IMG/VR virus record: IMGVR_UViG_3300045988_158233
Length of the DNA: 64,000 nt
Reading direction: 5' to 3' (one strand)
From: a virus
Taxonomy: Duplodnaviria; Heunggongvirae; Uroviricota; Caudoviricetes
Made by a program: the position numbers and the translations under genes. The notes below the pieces were generated by a model. It searched no databases, had not been told where the DNA came from, and saw only the letters and a list, made by a program, of their open reading frames with translations. This document shows, piece after piece, positions 17,169 through 27,178 of this stretch. Within the stretch, counting starts at the first letter, position 1; each line of letters begins with the position of its first letter.

Positions 17169-19277
17169 ATGTCTAAAAAACGTTCCATCAAAGAGGTTCA
17201 GGACTTCCGTGACAGTGTAAAACGAGTAGTCGCTCTCCTTTCAGGTAAAAACATCCCTGTTGCAGAACGAGGGGACGACGCTTATGTACGCTATAACGAT
17301 GATGGAGAGCCAATTCTCGTAAACATCCCATCAATCCCGGATAACGCAACACCGGCATTGATGAATGCTGTGCGCGGATTTCTCGATCATGAGGTTGCTC
17401 ACATTTTGTTTACCGATATTCGTGTGTCCAACAAAATGAGAGAAAAAGGACGCGTTCCTTCCTGGTCGCTATGGAATGCCTTAGAAGACGTGTTCATCGA
17501 GCGAAAAATGGGTCAGGTCTTTAACGGAACAAGACGTAATCTGATGGCAACTCAGCGCCTTATAATCGAAAAAGTCTTTAAACCAAAGGCTTCAGAGGCT
17601 ATTGCTTATTGTGGCAAAGATCAGCGCGCGCTTTTTCTAAACTTCTTTCTCTGTCCGGTTGTAAGAGCCTGGGATGGCCAAGCACCGTTCGTAGATTTCA
17701 TGGATGAATATTGGCCTGTCATTGAGAAACCAATTTCATTATTAAAAGAACATGGTATCGATGTGGCCGTGCGTAACATGTCTTGCACCGAGGATTGTGT
17801 AAAGGTGGCTGCGACCATAGCTAAGATCCTCAAAGACACTGAAAGTGAAAGCAAAGGTAAGGAGTCAGCTCCGGGAAAAACTTCCGATCCTTCAGACGCT
17901 GACCAGACGGATGCCTCTGGAGAAAACAATGAAGACAACGAAGATCATGAGACACCCTCAGCGTTAGATAACCACAAATCTATCAAATCAGAATCACAGA
18001 GTAAGCACAAACATGATAATAACGACAGTGATGATTCAGATAATTCTGAATCATCAGAAACAATATTCGATGATACAGAAAATGATAAAGAGGTATCAGA
18101 TTCTGATGCTTCTGATAACGCGGTGTCAGAATCATTTACCGCTGACCACGAAAAAAGAAAAACGACAGAAGACGGCTCTTCAGATATTCCAACTCCGTCA
18201 AAAATGAGTCTGGAAGAGGCTTTAGAGGAGCTGGATAGCATAGAAGATGAAGTCGGAGGCATGACAGAAGATGCTCTATCCGAAACGATTAAAAGCGAGT
18301 TAACAGAAAGCTCGAAAAGCGAATACAGGCCATACAATCGCTCATACGACTTCATCGGCTCGATTGATCAGGCAGAAGCCCATATCAAACGGCTTATTAA
18401 AACATTCTCCGATATTGATTTAGGAGGATATCCAATCAGCCGCTATCGCATCGTTCCTGAAGGCAACCAGCTCTTCGACAAATATATTGAAAAGCATCTT
18501 TCGTCAGGTGTTTCGTCGACGCTGGCAAAAGACCTGGAGCGAGCAATAGCAAGCAGAAACAGAGTTCAGTTTATACCGGGCCAGCGTCGGGGGCGCATTC
18601 ATGGTTCTAGTATCTACAGATTAGCAATGAATGATGATCGCGTGTTTCGTAAAAAAGAAGAATCTAAAGCCGTTAACGCCTGTGTTCAACAAGTGATTGA
18701 TTTATCAGGTTCAATGAGTGGTATAACGATACAATTGGCTCTTGCAAGTGCATATACCATCGCCGATGCCCTTGATCGAATAAATGTTCCCAACATTATC
18801 ACCGGCTTCACTACATTTGGTAGTCATATGGCGGCAGGAGAACTTAAGGCTGTCAAGTATGAGTTCTCTCGCTTTGAATCTTTAATGCTACCTATCATCA
18901 AAAATTGGAATGAAAAGGTAAATTCTCGCGAAGTTCGCTCACGTATGGGGTGCGTAGGCTACACATTCCCACTTCTTAATAACGTGGATGGTGAAAGCAT
19001 AGCCAGCCTTGCATCGTTATTTTCCGGTCGCATGGAGGACAGGAAGATCATGCTTGTTCTGAGTGATGGCGCGCCGTGGGCTGTTGGGAGAGGTTTTGAC
19101 GCTCATTTGCGTTCGGTTGCGAAGCAAATTGAAACGCAGACTGACATTGATTTGATGGCAATTGGCATCATGACTGACGCACCGGAGAGATTTTACTCAA
19201 ATCATGCCCTGGTAACGAGCGTTGATAGTCTTGGTTCATCTGTAGTTACTGAACTATCTCGTATCATTTTAAAGTGA
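17169..19277 (+). CDS. vWA-domain protein with acidic linker (CobT-like)
   Basis: C-terminal von Willebrand A MIDAS motif DLSGSMSG and ...LVLSDGAPW; long D/E/S-rich middle region. Confidence 0.7.
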   Translation: MSKKRSIKEVQDFRDSVKRVVALLSGKNIPVAERGDDAYVRYNDDGEPILVNIPSIPDNATPALMNAVRGFLDHEVAHILFTDIRVSNKMREKGRVPSWSLWNALEDVFIERKMGQVFNGTRRNLMATQRLIIEKVFKPKASEAIAYCGKDQRALFLNFFLCPVVRAWDGQAPFVDFMDEYWPVIEKPISLLKEHGIDVAVRNMSCTEDCVKVAATIAKILKDTESESKGKESAPGKTSDPSDADQTDASGENNEDNEDHETPSALDNHKSIKSESQSKHKHDNNDSDDSDNSESSETIFDDTENDKEVSDSDASDNAVSESFTADHEKRKTTEDGSSDIPTPSKMSLEEALEELDSIEDEVGGMTEDALSETIKSELTESSKSEYRPYNRSYDFIGSIDQAEAHIKRLIKTFSDIDLGGYPISRYRIVPEGNQLFDKYIEKHLSSGVSSTLAKDLERAIASRNRVQFIPGQRRGRIHGSSIYRLAMNDDRVFRKKEESKAVNACVQQVIDLSGSMSGITIQLALASAYTIADALDRINVPNIITGFTTFGSHMAAGELKAVKYEFSRFESLMLPIIKNWNEKVNSREVRSRMGCVGYTFPLLNNVDGESIASLASLFSGRMEDRKIMLVLSDGAPWAVGRGFDAHLRSVAKQIETQTDIDLMAIGIMTDAPERFYSNHALVTSVDSLGSSVVTELSRIILK

Positions 19278-19291
19278 ACAAAACAGCCTTA

Positions 19292-19314
19292 ACGATAAGT
19301 AACCACTTACGATA
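19292..19314. promoter_or_regulatory. motif B-like palindrome
   Basis: cgataagtaaccacttacgatag between CobT-like stop and CobS-like start. Confidence 0.3.
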
Positions 19315-19372
19315 GATAATGATATATTTATATAAGAAGTTGAACGCTCATTAGAAAACAAAGGAAAAACGC

Positions 19373-20608
19373 ATGACTACTACTGCACTGCAAAATGAAA
19401 AAAATCCTTCTGATTACCTTGTTTGCAAGTGGTGCGGAAAATCATTTCACTATTTTAAGTCCCATGTAGCCAATGGTAATTGCGAGGGCATTCCTGAGTC
19501 AGTAAAAGATGCCGATCCTGACACCGTACTGAAAATGTACACAACACAGTTTCCAGATGAGCCAACGCTATCGAAAAAGGCACTTGATGCAATTCAAGCT
19601 AAACGTGCCGAGCAAAAAAGCGAAATGGCCAAATCATCTGGCGTGACCAGTAGCCCAGGCTACACAGGCACAGTTGAGTACAAGACAGATCTGGTCGCAG
19701 CTCACGAACTGCTAAATGTAACGGTGAAAGAACTCGGAACAAAACGTGGGACGCCGCTCATGGTTAGCGTCAACGTCAATACGCCGTTTCCAGAGTTCGT
19801 TCCAGAAGTGAAGAAGGGATACGTATATGGCGACTTCGAACTGATCAAAGACATTTTCATGATGCTTGAACTTGGCATACCTGGCTATTTGTGGGGTCAT
19901 GCAGGAACAGGCAAATCTTCATTGCCTACACAACTATGTGCTTTGCTCAATCGTCCGTTAATCCGTGCCCAACATACAGCATCAATGGAAGAGGCTCATG
20001 TTACGGGACAAATTCTGGCGCGTGATGGCTCTACGTATTTCGAGCCTGGCTTGCTTGCGCTCGCAATGAAGCATGGCTGGGTTTACCTCGCGGATGAATA
20101 CGACTTTGCGTTTCCACAGATTCTTGGCGTGTATCAGCCAGTGCTGGAAGGTGAAGCGTTGGTCATCAAAGAGGCGACTCCAGAATGGCGTCGCATTACT
20201 CCGCATGAACGGTTTGCTTTCATTGGCACTGGCAACACGAACGGATCTGGTGATGAAACCGGCTTGTACCAGGGTACAAACATCCAGAACGCCGCGAACT
20301 TTTCGCGTTTTGGCATCGTTTCGAATGTGAAATACATGAGCAAAGAGGCAGAGATCAACATGTTGATAAATGCCGGTATCGTGGATGAATACGCAGAAAA
20401 GATGGTTAAGTTTGCCGGTATCGTTCGCGATGGATACGAAGAACACCTTATCAGTCAGCCAATTGGCCCTCGTGAACTTTTGTTGTCGGCCAAGATTGGA
20501 ATGATGCGAGGCGACTTTGTGACAGGTATTGAGCGTTCTTTCATTAACAAACTCCCTTCAGCTTCTGCACAAGCGGCTCGTGAAGTTGTTCAAAAAATAT
20601 TTGGTTGA
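19373..20608 (+). CDS. MoxR/CobS-like AAA+ ATPase with N-terminal Cys-rich segment
   Basis: Walker A GHAGTGKSS, Walker B-like VYLADEYD, N-terminal CKWCG...C motif. Confidence 0.7.
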   Translation: MTTTALQNEKNPSDYLVCKWCGKSFHYFKSHVANGNCEGIPESVKDADPDTVLKMYTTQFPDEPTLSKKALDAIQAKRAEQKSEMAKSSGVTSSPGYTGTVEYKTDLVAAHELLNVTVKELGTKRGTPLMVSVNVNTPFPEFVPEVKKGYVYGDFELIKDIFMMLELGIPGYLWGHAGTGKSSLPTQLCALLNRPLIRAQHTASMEEAHVTGQILARDGSTYFEPGLLALAMKHGWVYLADEYDFAFPQILGVYQPVLEGEALVIKEATPEWRRITPHERFAFIGTGNTNGSGDETGLYQGTNIQNAANFSRFGIVSNVKYMSKEAEINMLINAGIVDEYAEKMVKFAGIVRDGYEEHLISQPIGPRELLLSAKIGMMRGDFVTGIERSFINKLPSASAQAAREVVQKIFG

Positions 20609-20814
20609 TCGTGCGTAAAGGATGTTTCGGCTCTCTTATCGCTGCTTCTGAAACTGGTAAGGCTTGTCTGGTGTGTCCAGACAAGCCCGATTGTCACCAA
20701 TCAGCAAAAGAAGTTGCGATTTCGATGCATGGGAAGTTCGTAGGCTTCCCCAATGACAAAATCAAAAAAACCAGAAAGGTAAAAACACATGAAGGCACTG
20801 ATGGTTCGAACTGA
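20605..20814 (+). CDS. small Cys-rich protein (doubtful)
   Basis: 69-aa ORF with C..CxxCPDKPDC; overlaps polymerase start by 26 bp. Confidence 0.25.
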   Translation: MIVRKGCFGSLIAASETGKACLVCPDKPDCHQSAKEVAISMHGKFVGFPNDKIKKTRKVKTHEGTDGSN

Positions 20815-23800
20815 CTTCTCACTTGGGGAGTCGGCTCTAAAAGCAGAAAACGCGGTGAAGATTGCCAGAGAAGCTGGCTACACCGCTGTAATTTCAGCAG
20901 ATAGCATGAATATTGCGAGCGTTATTCCACTACAACGTGCCGCTGGTGACGACATGGCGGTTATTTGTGGTGTGAAACTAAACATTGTTGATGATCCCAC
21001 ATACGAGCACCGGGCTAAACTTGCTAAAGAATCTATGAGATGTATGGAATCATTAGAGCGGGGACGTAACTACTCGTTTACCGCTCTAATTAAAAATGAG
21101 CAAGGATATCGCGACATCTGCGAACTAATGACGGTGGCCAACACACGAGAACAGTTCTACTTTGTACCGCGTCTCTCGCTCGAACAGTTGGTTTCTACAT
21201 ATGCCAAAGGCAACATCATCCTGCTCACTTCCGACATCGGTAGCGTGTTCCAACGCAACGATTTTGCAAAAATCATAAGCTCACTGATTACAGCGGGCGG
21301 GAAAGACAACTTCTATAGCGTGGTTTATCCGCACCCTACCCCATTCTACGACCAGATTAACGTCCGAGCGATGAAAGTAGCCAGCGCACTGAAAATAGAG
21401 CCAGTAGCGTTCTATCCCGCTTATTACGAATCGATCGACGATGCAGACATTAAAGACATTGCGCACATGGTTACGAACAACATAAAAATCGACCAGCCGC
21501 ATCGTCTGCGTATCCCCCACCAGCGAGATAACGCCGTCAATGGTCGCCGCCATCTCCTTGAGGCGCTTAAAGCCTTCTCCGTTCGCATGGATGTGCCGGT
21601 AACAGCTGCAATGGCCTCAACAACGCAGGACTCCATTATCGAAGCCTGTACATGGCGCTGGCATGAATTGCCACCAGCACTGCCCAAGATGGCAGACGAC
21701 GAGCCTGCAACGCTGATGAAACTGGCTGTTGCAGGGCTGCGCAAACGTCTTACCACAAAAGAGTTTGGCTACACACCACCGGCTTCTGAGAACAGGGTTT
21801 ATGTTGAGCGACTTAAGTACGAAATGGACACGCTTACTCGCCTGGGATTTTGTGGTTACTTCCTGATGGTACGCGATCTGATGAATCACAGCCGTGAAAC
21901 TGGCATTCCTGTCGGGCCTGGTCGTGGTTCCTCCGCTGGCTCTTTGGTGGCATGGTGCATAGGCATAACCAACGTCGACCCTATCCGTCACGGTCTTCTG
22001 TTTGAACGTTTCATCAACCCTGAGCGTCTCGACTTGCCAGATGCGGATTTGGACTTCAGCCAGGCACGTCGCCATGAGGTGATCGAGTATCTGAATGAAC
22101 GATACGGCGAAGATTACGTTGCGGGTATTCCGAACTTCACATATCTGGGCGCAGCCTCTGCACTACGTGACACCGCTCGTATTTATGGTGTGGAGTCCGC
22201 AGATATGGCGGTATCAAAAGAACTGAAGAACGTCGAGGATGATAGCCTTCCATTGGAAGAGCTGCGCGAACAACTGGCAAGTCTCGACAAATACGCGACA
22301 AAATATCCTGATGCATTCAATGCAGCCTGCAAGTTACAAAGCCTTATGCGTGGCTTTGGTAGACATGCGGCAGGGATGATCGTAGCAGGTGTTCCTCTGA
22401 CAGAACGTACACCGGTTGAGCGCCGTGGTGACGCGCGTTGTATCGCATTTGACAAGCGTTACTGCGAGGCTATGGGCCTAATTAAGCTGGACGTACTTGG
22501 CCTAGCAACTCTCGATTTGCTTGATAGTGCAAAACGCTACATTAAAGAGAACACAGGTGAAGATATCAATCTTGATGCCATTTCTCTTGAAGATCGCAAG
22601 GTGCTGGATGGTTTTGCTGCTGGGTACACTCAAGGTGTTTTCCAGCTTGAATCAGGCCCAATGCGCAAGCTGCTTAAAGATTTAGGTGGTGGAATTGAGC
22701 CAATGAGCTTTAAAACGGTCGTCGCTACGACTGCGCTCTTCCGGCCGGGGCCAATTCAGTCAGGCATGTTGGATGACTATGTTTCTGTCGCCAAAGGCTT
22801 TATGACGCCGGAATCATTACACCCCGTTCTTGATGAACTTACCGCGGAAACAAATGGCGTGATTCTCTATCAGGAACAGACGATGAACGCGACTCGATTG
22901 CTTGCCGGCTTCACAATGGCTGAAGCTGACGCTGTGCGTTCCGCAATCGGTAAGAAGAACATGGAAAAAATGAAGAGCATGGGCGAGAAGTTCATCGTTC
23001 AGGCTCAAGCTGGCTGGATAGACGTTGAGCTGGAAGATGGCACTACACAGCGCATTCACCGTGCGGAACATTTTAAATGCGAAGACGGAACTCTGAAAAC
23101 TGTCGAAGAGGCACTTGAGCACGGCGCAAAACTACCTATAAACGCAGTACGCGTTACAGCGTCACATCCAGGGCTATCAGAGATGAAAGCGAAGGAGATC
23201 TGGACCGCATTCGAAAAAAATGGTGCCTACCAGTTCAACAAATCACACTCTGTTGCTTACTCCTTGATCAGTTATCAATCTATGTGGTTGAAAACTCATT
23301 ATCCCGCAGAGTTTTTCGCTGCTGCTCTCACTATTCTTGGCGAAGATAAACACCAGGGGCTGGTTAAAGATGCGCTGACCTATGGTATTCGCGTATTGCC
23401 ACCAGACGTTAACGTGTCATCCAACCGAATCGAGATCCGCACGCTTGAAGATGGCAGCCAGGTGCTGTATGCGCCCTTCTCTGCTGTGAAGGGGTGTTCT
23501 GAGAATGGCTGCCAAGCCATCATGAGAGCGCGAGAAAAAGTTGGCGGCAAATTCGAGTCACTGGCGCAATTCGAAGAAGCTGTCGAGAAACGTGCCTGTA
23601 ATAGTCGAGTGCGCGAATCGCTGCAAAAAGTAGGGGCGTTTGCATCCATCGAGCCAGGTAGTCTGCCAGCAACTGATCCAGAGCGCCTACGCGACCAGGC
23701 TGAATTGATGGGAAACCTTGTCATAGACGCAGTTAAAGCCTCACGTCCGTTTGAGATGAACTCCAAACGTTCGGCTGAGATTAACGTGCTCATGACACGG

Positions 23801-24307
23801 ATGGCGGCTGAAATGGGCTTAGGTGATGAACTAATCCGCCCCAGCATTGGTATTAAGCCGAAAATCATGATCATTCTGGACAATGCGAACGGCAATGATG
23901 CTCGAACCGGTTACTTTATGGAGAACGGATACGACGATTTTAAGGCCAAGCTATTGACGGCTGGAGATTTACGCATGGGCGATCTGTATGTCACAGGCGT
24001 TTGCAAAAAGGTGAAAGACAAAGAAAAGGACTACACCAAAGACGAGATCGGCCAGTTCACCGACTTTATGCGTGAAGAGATCAATCTGGTACGTCCGACC
24101 TATGTGCTGACGTGTGGCAGCCGGGCGACGTCGCTCTTCAACAACAAGATCAAACCATCCGACCTGGTTGGACGCAAAGAGTATCTGCCGGAGCTAGATG
24201 TGACTGTTTTCTACGGATTTAACCCGAATATTTTGTACTTTCGCCCAGAGGAAGGCGAAAAGCTGGAAGCAATTCTTGCAGAGGTAGCGGAGACTATTAG
24301 CAAATGA
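20789..24307 (+). CDS. DnaE-family (Pol III alpha-like) DNA polymerase
   Basis: 1172 aa; palm motifs GYFLMVRDL...GIPVGPGRGSSAGSLVAWCIGIT..DP....LLFERFINPER and ..FDK......GLIKLDVLGL..; N-terminal PHP region lacks His residues. Confidence 0.85.
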   Translation: MKALMVRTDFSLGESALKAENAVKIAREAGYTAVISADSMNIASVIPLQRAAGDDMAVICGVKLNIVDDPTYEHRAKLAKESMRCMESLERGRNYSFTALIKNEQGYRDICELMTVANTREQFYFVPRLSLEQLVSTYAKGNIILLTSDIGSVFQRNDFAKIISSLITAGGKDNFYSVVYPHPTPFYDQINVRAMKVASALKIEPVAFYPAYYESIDDADIKDIAHMVTNNIKIDQPHRLRIPHQRDNAVNGRRHLLEALKAFSVRMDVPVTAAMASTTQDSIIEACTWRWHELPPALPKMADDEPATLMKLAVAGLRKRLTTKEFGYTPPASENRVYVERLKYEMDTLTRLGFCGYFLMVRDLMNHSRETGIPVGPGRGSSAGSLVAWCIGITNVDPIRHGLLFERFINPERLDLPDADLDFSQARRHEVIEYLNERYGEDYVAGIPNFTYLGAASALRDTARIYGVESADMAVSKELKNVEDDSLPLEELREQLASLDKYATKYPDAFNAACKLQSLMRGFGRHAAGMIVAGVPLTERTPVERRGDARCIAFDKRYCEAMGLIKLDVLGLATLDLLDSAKRYIKENTGEDINLDAISLEDRKVLDGFAAGYTQGVFQLESGPMRKLLKDLGGGIEPMSFKTVVATTALFRPGPIQSGMLDDYVSVAKGFMTPESLHPVLDELTAETNGVILYQEQTMNATRLLAGFTMAEADAVRSAIGKKNMEKMKSMGEKFIVQAQAGWIDVELEDGTTQRIHRAEHFKCEDGTLKTVEEALEHGAKLPINAVRVTASHPGLSEMKAKEIWTAFEKNGAYQFNKSHSVAYSLISYQSMWLKTHYPAEFFAAALTILGEDKHQGLVKDALTYGIRVLPPDVNVSSNRIEIRTLEDGSQVLYAPFSAVKGCSENGCQAIMRAREKVGGKFESLAQFEEAVEKRACNSRVRESLQKVGAFASIEPGSLPATDPERLRDQAELMGNLVIDAVKASRPFEMNSKRSAEINVLMTRMAAEMGLGDELIRPSIGIKPKIMIILDNANGNDARTGYFMENGYDDFKAKLLTAGDLRMGDLYVTGVCKKVKDKEKDYTKDEIGQFTDFMREEINLVRPTYVLTCGSRATSLFNNKIKPSDLVGRKEYLPELDVTVFYGFNPNILYFRPEEGEKLEAILAEVAETISK

Positions 24308-24455
24308 ACAAAGAGAACACCATGAAGGTGGCCAGAGAGAAAAGAGTTTATGGAAGTAAACAAGATTGGCGATGTAAGACAGTACAGGCTGAAGTGCCAA
24401 ACCAGAGTCTCGCTATCCAACATTCTTGGTAAGAAGGTCGCTTAATATAATAAAC

Positions 24456-24481
24456 AGGCCCGTTATATAACGGGCCTTTTA
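24456..24481. terminator. bidirectional terminator hairpin
   Basis: aggcccg-ttatataa-cgggcct followed by TTTT; between DnaE (+) and convergent minus-strand gene. Confidence 0.6.
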
Positions 24482-24482
24482 G

Positions 24483-25463
24483 TTAACAAATTCTATTATT
24501 AACTAGTATAGTATGGAGTTTATTATTTATAGGGGAATACGGATCGAAATCACTCATCATGACACTATTTGATTCGCACGCCTGTTCAAAGGCATACATA
24601 ATTATAGGCATATAGCGCTCATGACATTTTTTAAGTGATTTAACTTCCTCTGATAGATACTCTAGTCGATTGTTACCTCTAATAGCCAATTCCACCTCAT
24701 CATATGAGTACAACAAATCGTTTAAATCACAGAAAAAATTAAAATTTGGTAGTCCATGTTTTAAATCCCCGTCCACAATTGTTTCTTCAAAGAATTCCCC
24801 TAATGCAGTAATGTTTCTCTCAATACCTTCGCATCGTTCAATGATCTTCAGATCTTCACTAGATAGCCATAATCTAAGCCATTTCTCTCTATCCCTTGGA
24901 GATTTCAGATATTGGTCTTCGTTAAATGTTACTGATGTACTTCCTGAGTTATTGTAATCCGCTGTACTTGATAACGATGCGATGGTTTGTTTGTCTAAAT
25001 GCCGCCAGTAAATATCTGGCTCTTCATGCTTATTATCTTCGTTTAGACAAATTAAAACGATCACTATAGGGAAATCGCATTCCCCCCAATACTTTAAATT
25101 TTTATAGGGGATCTGTACTCCTAGACTACTACTCATTGTGCGTGAGGTGGTTTTTACCTGAACGCCAATAAACATACCGGTAGAAAGTTCATTTTCATAG
25201 ATTTCAACCTGTGCATCCAACCCCATATCAATATCCAGCAGTCGACAAGGCCATTTGAAATAACGGGAAATCCAATAAGCAAATAAGTACTCACCAGCGT
25301 GTCCTTCTGCACTGGTCTTCGGATATGTCATGCCTTCAGTTTTATTTTTTTCTGCTGCTGACCTCGCAGACTTAACTTTTGGGGGTGGGGACAGTTCTTT
25401 AGTCGGCACAGGCTTTTCTGCTTTTGCTTGATTGTTAGCTTTATTCATTGATTTTATTCTCAC
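24483..25463 (-). CDS. AT-rich protein with PD-(D/E)xK-like nuclease-fold motif (DUF4365-like, tentative)
   Basis: 326 aa; motif GHAGEYLFAYW...DIDMGLDAQVEIY......GVQVKTT; low GC; opposite strand to neighbours. Confidence 0.55.
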   Translation of the reverse strand: MRIKSMNKANNQAKAEKPVPTKELSPPPKVKSARSAAEKNKTEGMTYPKTSAEGHAGEYLFAYWISRYFKWPCRLLDIDMGLDAQVEIYENELSTGMFIGVQVKTTSRTMSSSLGVQIPYKNLKYWGECDFPIVIVLICLNEDNKHEEPDIYWRHLDKQTIASLSSTADYNNSGSTSVTFNEDQYLKSPRDREKWLRLWLSSEDLKIIERCEGIERNITALGEFFEETIVDGDLKHGLPNFNFFCDLNDLLYSYDEVELAIRGNNRLEYLSEEVKSLKKCHERYMPIIMYAFEQACESNSVMMSDFDPYSPINNKLHTILVNNRIC

Positions 25464-25591
25464 TTTGTTCTGTTCGCTTTATGCCCTGATTCTGCCCTTT
25501 AGCTCCCATACTGTCTACCGCTAATCATAGCAGTAAAGCTCTTTTTATTTGATATAATCAAATACACAAAATTAAGTTGGAACCTATCAAA

Positions 25592-26023
25592 ATGAGTGCA
25601 GATATCTACGAAAAAATAATGTCCGATCTTGAATTCGACCGCGACAATCTGGAGGAAGTCTGGCGTCAGCAACCGCGCTTGTTGATGGAGTATGGCTCAA
25701 AACTCGCTCATGCAGAAAGAAGTGTCGCAGAGGCAAAACTTAACCTTGAAGCTGTTGAAGCAAAGCTATACGACACAGAGCGTAAGAACTTGAGTATGAA
25801 CGGCATTAAGTTCAACGAGTCTGTACTGGACGCTAAGGTTAAAACAAACCCACAGTATCTATCTAAACGTCAGAAGTTGGATGACGCACGGCACATAGCA
25901 GACATATACAAACATGCTGTCGCCGCCTTTTCGCATCGCCGAGACATGATCGTTCAGGCGTCAAAGATGGCCATCGTTGAATTAGAGCGATTAGGCTCTG
26001 AACGCTTTATTACTCCCCGTTAA
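25592..26023 (+). CDS. hypothetical protein
   Basis: 143 aa from ATG; helical; longer ORF begins at TTG 25577. Confidence 0.45.
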   Translation: MSADIYEKIMSDLEFDRDNLEEVWRQQPRLLMEYGSKLAHAERSVAEAKLNLEAVEAKLYDTERKNLSMNGIKFNESVLDAKVKTNPQYLSKRQKLDDARHIADIYKHAVAAFSHRRDMIVQASKMAIVELERLGSERFITPR

Positions 26024-26028
26024 TTTTT

Positions 26029-26057
26029 GATAGATAATAAGTAAGTACTGATCTATC
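26029..26057. promoter_or_regulatory. motif B-like palindrome
   Basis: gatagat-aataagtaagtactg-atctatc. Confidence 0.35.
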
Positions 26058-26140
26058 ATTTAACAGCTCGAAAGAGCCACGAATGAACGAAAGCCCAACG
26101 CGCATAGCGCCATCGGCCAAATCACAACAAGGAGAAACAC

Positions 26141-27169
26141 ATGTCTAAGACATTACTTGATTTGCTTAACAAAACTCGTGAAGACATTGCCGCCAAACGT
26201 GGTAACAACGTTGATCTGACTCGCTTAAAAGACGGCGTTAACTATATCCGCATCTTCCCGAATAAAGACGACCCAAACGGTAAGTTCTTCCAGACTTTCG
26301 GTATGCACTACGTTAAGTATCAGAACGAGGAAGGTAAAGAAGCAACCAACGCTTATATTTGTGAGCAACATACTCACGGTCGCGCTTGTCAGCTATGCGA
26401 AATGGTGATGGAAGGTCGCGCTCGTCACAAGGGTAACAAAGCAATGGAAGAACGCATCGGTCAAATGCGTGCCACTCCTCGCTACCTGGTCAACGGCATT
26501 CTTTCTGCTCGTGAGGATTTCGCAGATGCTGAGAAATGCCAGTTAATCGAGCTGCCGTCTACTGTATTCGATGATATCTGCAAAGCAATCACCGAAGACA
26601 TCGCTGATGATATCGGCAATCCACTGAGCAAAGAGGAAGGCTACGCATTCCTGATTAAACGTACTGGCTCTGGTCGCGATACCAAATATGACGTCTCGCC
26701 TAAGCGTAAAGTCTACAAAGGCGATATCGAAGATAAATTCTGGAACACCCAGCATGATCTGATCGCATACGCAAATCAGGCTGATGAAACTCGTCTTCTG
26801 TCGACAGTTCGCACTATGGGTCGTCTGATTGGCATCGCTGCACCAACTGCCGCAGCATCTGCACCAGCAATTTCCTCAACCGCGAAAACATCGGCTGCGG
26901 CACTACCTGGATTTGGCTCTGTCACTGGTCATACAGAAGGAGCGACGGCTGTAGCAACCGCGCACACACCGGCTTCTGAACCAACCAGTCTGGTTGATGA
27001 AGAAATCCTCCGTGCCGTTGAAACTGAATTTAAACCAGAGGCAAGTTCCGCTGCCGTTGCCGTATCAGTCAAAGAGTCTGAAGCAGTCGCAGCGACATCT
27101 GTAGCAACCGCATCTGCGACGGAAGATGAAGGTCTGGATGACCTACTGAGAGAGCTGGACTCTCTGTAA
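26141..27169 (+). CDS. single-stranded DNA-binding protein, gp32-like (tentative)
   Basis: Zn-type motif CEQHTHGRACQLC, Ala/Ser/Thr-rich linker and acidic C-terminal tail EDEGLDDLLRELDSL. Confidence 0.5.
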   Translation: MSKTLLDLLNKTREDIAAKRGNNVDLTRLKDGVNYIRIFPNKDDPNGKFFQTFGMHYVKYQNEEGKEATNAYICEQHTHGRACQLCEMVMEGRARHKGNKAMEERIGQMRATPRYLVNGILSAREDFADAEKCQLIELPSTVFDDICKAITEDIADDIGNPLSKEEGYAFLIKRTGSGRDTKYDVSPKRKVYKGDIEDKFWNTQHDLIAYANQADETRLLSTVRTMGRLIGIAAPTAAASAPAISSTAKTSAAALPGFGSVTGHTEGATAVATAHTPASEPTSLVDEEILRAVETEFKPEASSAAVAVSVKESEAVAATSVATASATEDEGLDDLLRELDSL

Positions 27170-27178
27170 TCCCATTAC

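Noticed and set aside
21281-22455. Several 90-150-aa minus-strand ORFs inside the polymerase gene
   Set aside because: Antisense to a long ORF with clear DnaE motifs; Arg/Ser/Cys-rich composition typical of antisense artefacts.
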